From an uncultured Acidobacteriota bacterium (GTDB taxonomy: Bacteria; Acidobacteriota; UBA6911), in NCBI GenBank assembly GCA_963839475.1, contig CAWIVH010000018.1:9012-73011 (forward strand): DNA of 64,000 nucleotides, read 5' to 3'. Positions 49,992 through 59,097 of this stretch are shown piece by piece. A program made the translations under genes and the position numbers. The notes beneath the pieces were generated by a model. It worked only from the letters and a program-made list of their open reading frames with translations, ran no database searches and was not told the origin of the DNA. Position 1 is the first letter of the stretch, and each line of letters starts with the position of its first letter.

Positions 49992-52900
49992 ATGCGATCC
50001 TTTACCGCATGCGTTATCGTCACTCTGTCTTTGATTGGATTTTACGGGAGTTCGCCCGCTCAGACCGCTGCGGGTCCGTCCATGGTTTTCATTCCTGCCG
50101 GTTCATTCAGCATGGGCGACCACCACAATTATGTGGATCCCGCACACCCGAGCGATGAAACACCGCTTCATACTGTCAGCATCAACGCTTTATACGCGGG
50201 GAAATACGACATTACGGTCCAGCAATACTGCGATTACCTCAACTCAGCCATATCGCAGGGATTGATTCGTGTGACGAGCGGCATCGTGTATGCATCGGGT
50301 GGAAGCGATGTTTTCTTCCAGACCCGCCAGGCCGACCAATACAGCCGCATCGATTGGGATGGCAGCCGGTTTTCGGCACTCGACGGGCGCGGCAATCACC
50401 CGGTTACCAGCGTGCTTTGGCACGGAGCCGCAGCCTACTCCAACTGGCTCAGCGCGCAGCAGGGTTATCAGGCCTGCTACAACACTTCGACCTGGGCATG
50501 TGACTTCACCAGGAACGGCTACCGCCTGCCCACAGAGGCCGAGTGGGAATACGCCGCCCGCGGGGGCCAATATAATCCCTATTACAACTTCCCTTGGGGT
50601 AACGACATAACGATGTCGAAGGCGAACTTCCCCGGCTCAGGGGATCCCTATGAATCCGGCGCCCTCCCCAACACCACCCCCGTCGGATTCTATAATGGGG
50701 AACTGCGTCGCAAATCCGACTTCAATTGGCCGGGCAGCCAGGAAACCTATCAAACGTCGGACGGTTCTAACGGTTTCGGCCTCTACGACATGGCGGGCAA
50801 CGTCTGGCAGTGGTGCAACGACTGGTATGGGCAAAGCTACTACGCTTCGAGCCCGTCCTCCAATCCGACCGGGCCTACGACCGGAACCCCCATGCCGGAC
50901 GGCAAGCCCTATCGCGTCCTGAGAGGCGGAAACTGGTATAACGGCGACGGTCTGGATCCGGGGCATGCGCGCGTTTCCAACCGGGATCCCGCATATTATC
51001 GGGGACCACAGGATCCCAACCACCCTTATTACCATGTGGGATTCCGCGTGGTAAGAAGTAATGTAACCGCCAGCACAACTACAAGCACTCAAACGGTGGG
51101 CCTGTTCGTCAATGACTCCAGAGCCTGGGAAGGTTACACCCTCATCGCCCCCAAGCATTACGGTAGCACTTACCTGATCAACAACCAGGGCAGGCTCGTT
51201 CATTCCTGGTCGGGCAGCAAATACGAGCCGGGACAGTCGGTCTACCTTCTGGAGAACGGCAACCTGCTGCGCGCATGCATGGTCAAAGGCCAGTTAAGTT
51301 CCGGAGGAGGCGAGGGCGGACGGGTTGAGGAATACGATTGGGACGGGAACCTGGTGTGGCAGCTGGATTACTCCACCAGCCAATACACCCAGCACCACGA
51401 CATCAAACCGCTTCCCAACGGCAACATCCTGATGCTGGTCGTGGAAAAGAAAACCTACGATGAGGCGATTGCCGCAGGGTTCGACCCGAGCAAGTTCCAG
51501 TCGCAGATCCAGCAGCAGGGATATATGCTCCCCGACTCGGTCATAGAAATTAAACCGACAAGGCCGTCGGGGGGAACCGTTGTCTGGTCGTGGCATGTTT
51601 GGGACCACCTGATCCAGGACTACGCATCATCCAAAGCGAATTACGGCAGTGTGGCAGCCCACCCTGAACTGATCAATCCGGCTGCCGACGGGGGGCAGAT
51701 CCCTTCCTTCTGGAACCACATGAATGCGATCTACTACAACGCAGCCTTCGACCAGATTATGCTCAGCGTCCGGGGAAACAGCGAAATCTGGGTCATCGAT
51801 CACAGCACCACCGATGCGGAAGCTGCGGGACATTCAGGAGGAAAATATGGGAAGGGGGGAGACCTGCTATACCGATGGGGCAATCCGATCATGTATCGCG
51901 CCGGCACGAAAAGCGATCAGAAGCTCTTCCAGCAGCACGACGCCCAATGGATAGACGCCGGATACCCCGGCGCCGGAAATATCCTGGTATTCAACAACGG
52001 GCTCGGTCGCAACTATTCCACTATTGACGAATTCACTCCGCCGGTCGACTCCAAAGGGAATTATTCCTATACCAGCGGTTCGGCGTTCGGCCCCAAAGAT
52101 TTCGCCTGGACCTACAAGGCAAACCCTCCGGCCTCACTTTATGCCGAGGCGATCTCGGGAGCACAACGGCTGCCGAATGGAAATACACTGATCACCGATG
52201 GCACACACGGGACATTCATAGAGGTTACCGCCGGCGGGGAGACGGTCTGGAAATATGTCAATCCTGTCGTACTCACCGGCCCGCTGGCGCAATCGGCCAC
52301 AATACCCGCTGACCCGGCACGAGCCGGCGAATTCATGAACGCCGTGTTCCGTGTCCGCCGATATTCCCCGAATTACGCCGGGCTTGTAGGCCGCACTCTG
52401 ACTCCCGTCGGAACCATCGAACTGAAAGGCTACAGCAACACCAACTATTTCCCCCACGTCGCCTCCGACGGCACATGGGAAACCGAAATAGCACTCATCA
52501 ATACCAGCGCCGATCAGACAGTCACCGGGATCTGGAGACCGTTTACCAATGACGGCCGCCAGCTGGACACACAGCAGATCTCCCTGGCTCCGCGATCAAG
52601 ACGCGAGATCATTATCGGCAGCGCATTGGCAAATGCAAAGTTGACCGGGTATGCCCTCTTTGAAGCGGATTCGGCTTCTTTAGCCGGCTATACCAAGTTT
52701 TATGTGCCGGGGAAATACCGGACCGCGGTTCCGTCCATTTCGACCGCAAGTTCGGGAAATCTCTTTCTGTCTCATATCGCTTCAGACGACCTCTGGTGGA
52801 CCGGAATGAGCCTGGTCAATACCACTCAGTCGAGCAAGACGGTGACGATTCAATTCGACAACGGCGAATCCCGGACCGTCACGATAGGCGCCTTATCCCA

Positions 52901-53711
52901 CAATGCCCTCCTGTTGGAAAGCCTATTCGGCAGCAAGCCGCAGCCCAACATACATTCGGCCGTGCTGAAAGATGCGGCAGGAATTGTGGGAGTGGAGCTT
53001 TTTGGCAGCGGGAGTCAGTTGGCGGGTATCCCCCTGACCAACGACACGTCGACCGTTGTTTATTACCCCCACATCGCCGCCGACTCTCACTGGTGGACCG
53101 GTGTTCTTGCCTTCAATCCTGGAGAAGAGGCGGGCGACCTGGTCCTTACACCTTACAATGAAGATGGCCGGCCCCTGATAACTTTGAGCCGCTCCCTGCT
53201 GGGCAAATCGAAATACATAGGGACAACAACGACGCTGGGATTGCCCGCGAATGCGGCGTGGTTCCAGATCGAATCAACCAAGCCCATCTCCGGATTCGAA
53301 TTATTCGGCGCCCAACAGGAAAGCCTCCTAGCAGGATTTCCGGGAACTGGTTTGAAAAGCAGGAATGCTGTCTTTCCCAAAAAAGAAAGGGCAGGCTGGA
53401 CAGGCATCGCCCTGGTCAACCTGGAGAATGATCCGGCGACGGTTTCGTTAAACGCCTATGACGACGCCGGAAGTGTCGTAACCTCCAACACCTTCAGCCT
53501 GGGAGCTCACGCCAAGATGTCGAAATACGCCCAGGAATTCTTCGTGCAGGATATCGCCAGAGCCACTTATTTCAGCTATTCATCCGATAAGTATCTGGCG
53601 GGATTCCAGCTCAATGGTTCGACAGACGGGACCATGCTGGACGCGCTCCCGGCCCGGTTGGAGAAGCAAGGCGCACCTGAAACCCAAAGCCCAAAACAGC
53701 AGCGGAGCTGA
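49992..53711 (+). CDS. Secreted three-part protein: FGE-sulfatase-fold (SUMF1-like) domain that appears to lack the catalytic Cys pair, an arylsulfate sulfotransferase (ASST)-like beta-propeller, and 4 copies of the recurring uncharacterised module (~nt 52447-53711)
   Basis: FGE fold: MVFIPAGSFSMGD..GYRLPTEAEWEYAARGG..GLYDMAGNVWQWCNDWY..RVLRGGNW..HVGFRVVRS. ASST: ..WSWHVWDHLIQD.., NHMNAIYYN, QHHDIKPLPNGNILML. Module copies begin YFPHVASDGTWETEIALINTS, LFLSHIASDDLWWTGMSLVNTT, VYYPHIAADSHWWTGVLAFNPG and AVFPKKERAGWTGIALVNLEND. Confidence 0.8.
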   Translation: MRSFTACVIVTLSLIGFYGSSPAQTAAGPSMVFIPAGSFSMGDHHNYVDPAHPSDETPLHTVSINALYAGKYDITVQQYCDYLNSAISQGLIRVTSGIVYASGGSDVFFQTRQADQYSRIDWDGSRFSALDGRGNHPVTSVLWHGAAAYSNWLSAQQGYQACYNTSTWACDFTRNGYRLPTEAEWEYAARGGQYNPYYNFPWGNDITMSKANFPGSGDPYESGALPNTTPVGFYNGELRRKSDFNWPGSQETYQTSDGSNGFGLYDMAGNVWQWCNDWYGQSYYASSPSSNPTGPTTGTPMPDGKPYRVLRGGNWYNGDGLDPGHARVSNRDPAYYRGPQDPNHPYYHVGFRVVRSNVTASTTTSTQTVGLFVNDSRAWEGYTLIAPKHYGSTYLINNQGRLVHSWSGSKYEPGQSVYLLENGNLLRACMVKGQLSSGGGEGGRVEEYDWDGNLVWQLDYSTSQYTQHHDIKPLPNGNILMLVVEKKTYDEAIAAGFDPSKFQSQIQQQGYMLPDSVIEIKPTRPSGGTVVWSWHVWDHLIQDYASSKANYGSVAAHPELINPAADGGQIPSFWNHMNAIYYNAAFDQIMLSVRGNSEIWVIDHSTTDAEAAGHSGGKYGKGGDLLYRWGNPIMYRAGTKSDQKLFQQHDAQWIDAGYPGAGNILVFNNGLGRNYSTIDEFTPPVDSKGNYSYTSGSAFGPKDFAWTYKANPPASLYAEAISGAQRLPNGNTLITDGTHGTFIEVTAGGETVWKYVNPVVLTGPLAQSATIPADPARAGEFMNAVFRVRRYSPNYAGLVGRTLTPVGTIELKGYSNTNYFPHVASDGTWETEIALINTSADQTVTGIWRPFTNDGRQLDTQQISLAPRSRREIIIGSALANAKLTGYALFEADSASLAGYTKFYVPGKYRTAVPSISTASSGNLFLSHIASDDLWWTGMSLVNTTQSSKTVTIQFDNGESRTVTIGALSHNALLLESLFGSKPQPNIHSAVLKDAAGIVGVELFGSGSQLAGIPLTNDTSTVVYYPHIAADSHWWTGVLAFNPGEEAGDLVLTPYNEDGRPLITLSRSLLGKSKYIGTTTTLGLPANAAWFQIESTKPISGFELFGAQQESLLAGFPGTGLKSRNAVFPKKERAGWTGIALVNLENDPATVSLNAYDDAGSVVTSNTFSLGAHAKMSKYAQEFFVQDIARATYFSYSSDKYLAGFQLNGSTDGTMLDALPARLEKQGAPETQSPKQQRS

Positions 53712-53826
53712 AGGCCCGAAGGGCCGGAAGAGAATAGCCGGGGGCGCGAGCCCCCGGATTGATTTGTTCTCCGGACGAGCCCCGAAAGGGGCGACAGGAT
53801 GAATCTACTCCTGTTTTGATGGCATT

Positions 53827-55365
53827 CTAATGACCCATCCGTTTTTGGAAATAGGCAATCATCTCCTCCCGGTGGTTGTCGGTCCGGGACGGCACATTCG
53901 GTTGCCGGATCTCCGGAGCGTTTTCATCCAGATAGGGTTTGGCTGCAACATCTTGCGGGCGCCATGCAGCGATGGCCCGTATAAGTTCGCTTATCTCCCG
54001 ATGGAACCGGGCATCGCCGTAGAGGTTGTTGATTTCGAACGGGTCCGCATCCAGATCGAAGAAGAGCGACCTCTCTGCCGGTTTGCGTAAAATCAGCTTG
54101 TACTGCTTCGTGCGGGCCATCCATTGGCCGGCGCTTTCCGAAAAAACAACCGTTCTTCGTGCTGACGTAGCCAGATTCAAACCGCGCATCCCCGCACCAG
54201 GCCGCAGGCCAGCCTGGTGTAGTATGGTTGGCGCCAAATCCACCGTACTGGCCAGAGTGGTGTCCACCCGGCCGCGCGAAACACCCCGGGGATATTTAAT
54301 GATGAGTGGCACCTTCACAACCGGGTCGTACATGAGATTGCCCTTTAAGAGGAGGTGATGGAACCCCATGTAATCCCCATGATCGGAAGTAAAAACAATG
54401 AGAGTGTTGTCGTAAAACCCCTTCTCTTTGAGAATACGCACCATTCGGCCGACGTGGAAATCGATCTGGGAAATGCTGGCATAGTAAAGAGCCGTAACGA
54501 TTTTCAGCGCCCCCGCTGTGAGACTGGCGTGGGGGAAGTATCCTGCGCTGGTTTCGATGTCCCGCGCCAAAGGCTCCTCCGTCCAGCCGGGCAGGAGCGA
54601 GATTTGCGAGGGATCGTATTTGGAATCCCAGGGAGCCGGCGGGTCAAAGGGATGGTGCGGCTTGATGAAGCCGACCATCAGCAGGTTTCCCGATGGCGTC
54701 CAACGCCGCAGGGACTGAATGGCCCTCTCCGCAATCCATGTCGTTGAATGGTGCTGTTCCGGAAGGTTTGAACGGCGGGCCCCGAAGGACTGCCAATACT
54801 CTTTTGTTGCTTTGGCGCGATATTCCGAACGTTGATCTTCAAGATCGAGTGCGTCGACCAGGTCCAGGGATTTCAAGTAGCGGTGATAATCATCGTCAAA
54901 TCGCCCGGGCCCATCCTGCTCCGCCAATTCCAACTCCTCGAATCCGACATCCAGGTAGGTCGGGGTAAAATGCATCTTCCCGACGGCTTTGGTACGGTAC
55001 CCAGCCTTCTTGAGAATGGAAGGAAAGGTTTCAGTCCCCGGCCGGAGCGTCGCGCGGTTGCTGGATCCCTGGTGCTCGTGGGTCCAAAGGCCCGACAGGA
55101 AGGAATAGCGCGACGGGGTGCAAACAGGGTAGGGACAGAAAGAATTCGTGAAGCGCACTCCTTCACTCGCAAGCGCGTCAATGGCCGGGGTGCGGATTTC
55201 GCGGTTGCCATAAGCGCCGAGGCATTCCAAACGATGCTCATCGGTGTGAATGATCAGGATGTTGGGCTTTGCCGCGGCGTCCCCGGACTTCCGTCCGCCT
55301 CCCAAAACAGTCGCTGCGCCGGCGGCCGCTGCCTGTTGGATGAACTTGCGCCTATCTGTTTTCAT
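53827..55365 (-). CDS. Cys-type sulfatase (alkaline-phosphatase superfamily) with a TAT signal
   Basis: MKTDRRKFIQQAAAAGAATVLGGG (twin-Arg). Sulfatase signature PNILIIHTDEH..CPYPVCTPSRYSFLSGL (C-T-P-S-R). Confidence 0.85.
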   Translation of the reverse strand: MKTDRRKFIQQAAAAGAATVLGGGRKSGDAAAKPNILIIHTDEHRLECLGAYGNREIRTPAIDALASEGVRFTNSFCPYPVCTPSRYSFLSGLWTHEHQGSSNRATLRPGTETFPSILKKAGYRTKAVGKMHFTPTYLDVGFEELELAEQDGPGRFDDDYHRYLKSLDLVDALDLEDQRSEYRAKATKEYWQSFGARRSNLPEQHHSTTWIAERAIQSLRRWTPSGNLLMVGFIKPHHPFDPPAPWDSKYDPSQISLLPGWTEEPLARDIETSAGYFPHASLTAGALKIVTALYYASISQIDFHVGRMVRILKEKGFYDNTLIVFTSDHGDYMGFHHLLLKGNLMYDPVVKVPLIIKYPRGVSRGRVDTTLASTVDLAPTILHQAGLRPGAGMRGLNLATSARRTVVFSESAGQWMARTKQYKLILRKPAERSLFFDLDADPFEINNLYGDARFHREISELIRAIAAWRPQDVAAKPYLDENAPEIRQPNVPSRTDNHREEMIAYFQKRMGH

Positions 55366-55655
55366 CGCGATTTCCCGAAATACATGCAGCCAATTGAGCT
55401 GCTCATTCACAAATTCTAATAAAAGAGCCACAGACCGCTTTTGTATATCACAACGGGCAGTTTTTTGGCCGTTTACTTCCGCCATGCAGTTATCCGGGAA
55501 AACAGGGACGCCACCCAACTGCAGCTGCTGGAATGGGCCGGGAATCTAATGATGCTGAAATGCATGTAATTGGGCAGCGTCCAATTTCCCATATTTTTGG
55601 ATCCGCCTGTAACCCTGGATGTTCGATTTTACGACAATACAACCAGACTGCCTGA

Positions 55656-55847
55656 GTGGAAGACTCAATGAGGAAAAGCCTGATCGTTTTGCTCGGCTCG
55701 GGGAACCCAGCTGCCGTAACCGTACAATATCTGGGAGACGACGGCATGCCTCTTTCTGTGGGTGGAAGTCGAAAAGGCAATGCATCCAATTCGAATTCCA
55801 ACCTTTCAGCGATTACGACTGCTACAATTTCTCGGGAGAAAAAATGA
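55656..55847 (+). pseudogene. Relic fragment of the recurring module (C-terminal ~30 aa), upstream of and out of frame with the next gene
   Basis: The fragment reads LIVLLGSGNPAAVTVQYLGDDGMPLSVGG. It aligns with FILLSAGDPAAATLSFFGQDGSPLAVGK at the 3' end of 55844..58696. Codon usage differs, so it is not a recent copy. Confidence 0.35.
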
Positions 55848-58696
55848 AGAAACGCACCCTGATTCCCCAGCTTCTGGCTCTGTGGTCCGGCATAACCGCC
55901 CTTTCATGGCTGCTTGCAGCATCCGACATCTTCATAGATACGGAGCTATTGGGCCGTCCGACAGGCACCTCCATTACGGTCAATGCCCTCGCCCGCAAGG
56001 ATCTCGAAGTTTATTTTGAATACGGACCATCGACCGGCAGTTATGTTCTCCAGACCGATACGAATAAATATCCTGCAGAAACCCCGATAGAGGCTGTAAT
56101 GGACAGGCTCGAGCCTGATAAGCAGTATTACTACCGGATGCGCTATCGAGAAACCGGAGCCACGGTTTTTTCAGCCGGGGAAGAACACTCCTTTCATACC
56201 CAGAGGCCACGCGGCAGCACATTCACTGTCGCCATTGAAGCCGACCCGCACATGGATGAAAACTCCGATCCGGAAACCTACCGTCTGACGATGCAGAACG
56301 TGCTCTCGGAAAAACCGGACTTCCAGATCGACCTGGGCGACACCTTCATGTCCGACAAACTTTCCCAGCCCACTTATAAGGCGGTCCAGGACCGTGCGCT
56401 CCTTCTCCGATCGTATTACGATATCAATGGGCATTCGGTCCCGCTGTTCCTGACCCTGGGAAACCACGAAGGTGAATGGGGGAGCCGCTTGACCAACTCG
56501 GCGGAAAACCTGCCGGTGTGGGACACGCTGATCCGGAAACTTTACTATCCCAACCCCTTCCCGGACGGATTTTATAGCGGCGGCAGCAGGGAGGAAAAAT
56601 ATGTGGGATTGCGCGAGAGTTACTACGCGTGGGAATGGGGTGACGCGCTCTTTGTGGTCCTGGATCCTTATTGGTACACGGTGCAATCGCCGGATTTGAG
56701 CGGGGACTGGTCGCTTACTCTGGGCCGTGAGCAGTATGCGTGGCTGAAAGCGACTCTGGAAGGCAGCCGAGCAACTTTCAAGTTCGTTTTTTGCCACAAC
56801 CTTGTAGGTGGATGGAACAAAAACGGCACGGGCCCCATGCGCGGTGGAGTTGAGGCGGCCAAATACCTGGAATGGGGCGGCTACAACCTGGACGACACCT
56901 GGGGCTTCGACAAGGCTCGCCCTGGCTGGGCGATGCCGATACATAAGCTGCTGGCCGCCAACAATGTGACCATCTTCTTCCATGGCCACGACCATGTCTA
57001 TGCGAAGCAGGATCTGGATGGGATCGTTTATCACGAGATTCCGCAGCCCAGCGCAAGAAATACCGAATTGGGCAATCGGGCGGCTTCTTATGGCTATACC
57101 CAGGGCAAGCTCCTGGGCGGAACCGGTCATCTGCGCATGCGCGTGTCCCCCAGCGAAGTAACGGTGGATTATGTCCAGACCTGGACACCTCAAAATGAAA
57201 CAGGCAGCCGGAAAAACGGACTGGTCGCGGACTCCTATACGATTGCTGCAAAAAACCGGACCAAGGCAAACCTGTCCGTTGCTGGCGGAGGTGCGGCAGA
57301 CACCGCCACCGCCGGCGCAGCCTCCCCGCTCCAGTCAGGCTACGCAACCACGGCCATCGCCTCCGGCAGTGCGCCTTACGGAAACGCCGTCTTCAGCTTC
57401 GCACGCAATGGAACCACCGTAAGCGAAGCCGCCGTTCCCGCTTCACCGCCCGCTTCCGCCTCCAGGATCTTCGTCGACTGCGCCCTCCGTGTCGCTTCCG
57501 GCCCCGAACGCCTCCGCACCGCGCCCGTCGACATCTATACCGGAATCGCCGTCGTCAACCCCGGCTCCGCCGCCGCCAACATAACCTACACCCTGCGCAG
57601 CCTCGACGCTGAACCCCTTTCCGTCGGACACGGCACCCTTGCCGCAGGCGCACAGCGCGCCCGATTCCTTCACCAGCTCCAGGACCTCGCCCCGGATTTC
57701 ACACTCCCGCCCGGCTTCGCCTCCACTACACGCTTCGGCTCGCTCGAAATCTCCTCCGATCAGCCGCTTTCCATCGCCGCCCTCCGCATGACCGTCAACC
57801 AGCGCGACGATTCCCTCTTTACCACCGTGCCCGTCGCCGACCTCTCCCGCTTGCCTTCTTCCTCCACCGTCTTCTTCCCCCATGTCGCCGACGGAGACGG
57901 CTACGTCTCCACCTTCATTCTCCTCAACACCTCCAGCTCGCCTCAAACCGGCCTCCTGCGCTTCCTTACCGATACCGGCTCGCCACTCACCATTCACCAG
58001 GTAGGCGGTACTGCTGACTCCTCTTTCCGCTACAGCATTCCTCCCGCCGGCACATTCCTCTTCCAGACCGACGGCTTCTCCACTTCCCTGCTCTCCGGCT
58101 CTCTCCAACTCATCCCCGACTCGGGCTCCACTTCCCCCGTCGGCGCCGGCATCTTCAGCAGAACCAGCAACGGCTTCCTCGTCACCGAATCCGGTATCCC
58201 CTCAGCTTCGCCCGGCACTCACGCCCGCATCCATGTCGACATGACCAACGGCCATGATTCGGGACTCGCGATCGCCTCCACCTCTTCGTCCGACCTCCCC
58301 GTCACCCTCCGCGCCTTTCAGAGCGACGGCTCGACCGCCGCGGGATCCCAGGCCATTACCCTCACCGTCCCCGGCAACGGCCATACAGCCGCTTTCGTCC
58401 GCCAGTGGATCTCAGGATTGCCCGCCGATTTCAAAGGCGTGCTCGATATCTCCGCCCCCGCTCCCTTTGCCGCCCTTACCCTGCGCGCCCTCACCAACTC
58501 GAGGCAGGATTTCCTCATCACCACCTTCCCGATCGCCGACTGGACCCGACCGGCACCGGCCCCTGTACTCTTCCCCCACCTCGCTGATGGCGACGGATAC
58601 AAAACCGAATTCATCCTCCTCAGCGCCGGCGACCCCGCCGCCGCTACCCTCAGCTTTTTCGGACAGGATGGATCCCCCCTCGCCGTGGGGAAGTAA
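55844..58696 (+). CDS. Secreted calcineurin-like metallophosphoesterase (PhoD/purple-acid-phosphatase-like) fused to ~4.4 C-terminal copies of the recurring uncharacterised module. The last copy is truncated after ..PLAVGK.
   Basis: Phosphoesterase motifs DLGDTFMSD, LTLGNHEG, CHNLVGG and FHGHDHVYAK. Signal peptide MKKRTLIPQLLALWSGITALSWLLAA after RBS gggaga. Module copies include VFFPHVADGDGYVSTFILLNTSS and VLFPHLADGDGYKTEFILLSAG, with ends ..IAALRMTVNQRDDSLFTTVPVAD and ..ALTLRALTNSRQDFLITTFPIAD. Confidence 0.8.
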   Translation: MKKRTLIPQLLALWSGITALSWLLAASDIFIDTELLGRPTGTSITVNALARKDLEVYFEYGPSTGSYVLQTDTNKYPAETPIEAVMDRLEPDKQYYYRMRYRETGATVFSAGEEHSFHTQRPRGSTFTVAIEADPHMDENSDPETYRLTMQNVLSEKPDFQIDLGDTFMSDKLSQPTYKAVQDRALLLRSYYDINGHSVPLFLTLGNHEGEWGSRLTNSAENLPVWDTLIRKLYYPNPFPDGFYSGGSREEKYVGLRESYYAWEWGDALFVVLDPYWYTVQSPDLSGDWSLTLGREQYAWLKATLEGSRATFKFVFCHNLVGGWNKNGTGPMRGGVEAAKYLEWGGYNLDDTWGFDKARPGWAMPIHKLLAANNVTIFFHGHDHVYAKQDLDGIVYHEIPQPSARNTELGNRAASYGYTQGKLLGGTGHLRMRVSPSEVTVDYVQTWTPQNETGSRKNGLVADSYTIAAKNRTKANLSVAGGGAADTATAGAASPLQSGYATTAIASGSAPYGNAVFSFARNGTTVSEAAVPASPPASASRIFVDCALRVASGPERLRTAPVDIYTGIAVVNPGSAAANITYTLRSLDAEPLSVGHGTLAAGAQRARFLHQLQDLAPDFTLPPGFASTTRFGSLEISSDQPLSIAALRMTVNQRDDSLFTTVPVADLSRLPSSSTVFFPHVADGDGYVSTFILLNTSSSPQTGLLRFLTDTGSPLTIHQVGGTADSSFRYSIPPAGTFLFQTDGFSTSLLSGSLQLIPDSGSTSPVGAGIFSRTSNGFLVTESGIPSASPGTHARIHVDMTNGHDSGLAIASTSSSDLPVTLRAFQSDGSTAAGSQAITLTVPGNGHTAAFVRQWISGLPADFKGVLDISAPAPFAALTLRALTNSRQDFLITTFPIADWTRPAPAPVLFPHLADGDGYKTEFILLSAGDPAAATLSFFGQDGSPLAVGK

Positions 58697-59097
58697 GAAC
58701 AAAAAGAGATTCGCGTCAAAGCTCCGCCTCAGGCGCATCCGAGCTATAGTCTTGTGGGTCCGGGATTCATCCCAGGCTTGCCTAAATTAATCCTTCCTCA
58801 CAGCCTCAGAATCTTGTGGGTCCGGGCTTAACAGGGTGTCCAACGGTTGCCAATATCGGTAAAAATGCACCTGCAGAGTCCTTTGTTTTCATAAAGGAGT
58901 TTTAGCCAAAAATCAACCGTTGGACGCCCTCTGAAGCCTGGACCACATGTACAAAGATAAAAGGCATTTTGCTTGGACAGCAGAATGCCAACCTGGTTTG
59001 AAATAGCAGCAAAATCCGAATGAAAAGCCTAGTAAAATAAGCATCTGCCCAGAATGAATCCGGCTAATTTGGACTGCACTGGGATTCATCCGGGACA

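Noticed and set aside
49992-50990. FGE-sulfatase domain as a bona fide formylglycine-generating enzyme for the adjacent sulfatase
   Set aside because: The region after RVLRGGNW lacks the paired catalytic cysteines expected of FGEs, as far as I can align by eye. It is kept as an FGE-fold, probably non-catalytic domain pending a proper alignment.
56171-57193. 340-aa minus-strand ORF inside the phosphoesterase gene
   Set aside because: It is antisense to a gene with clear metallophosphoesterase motifs.
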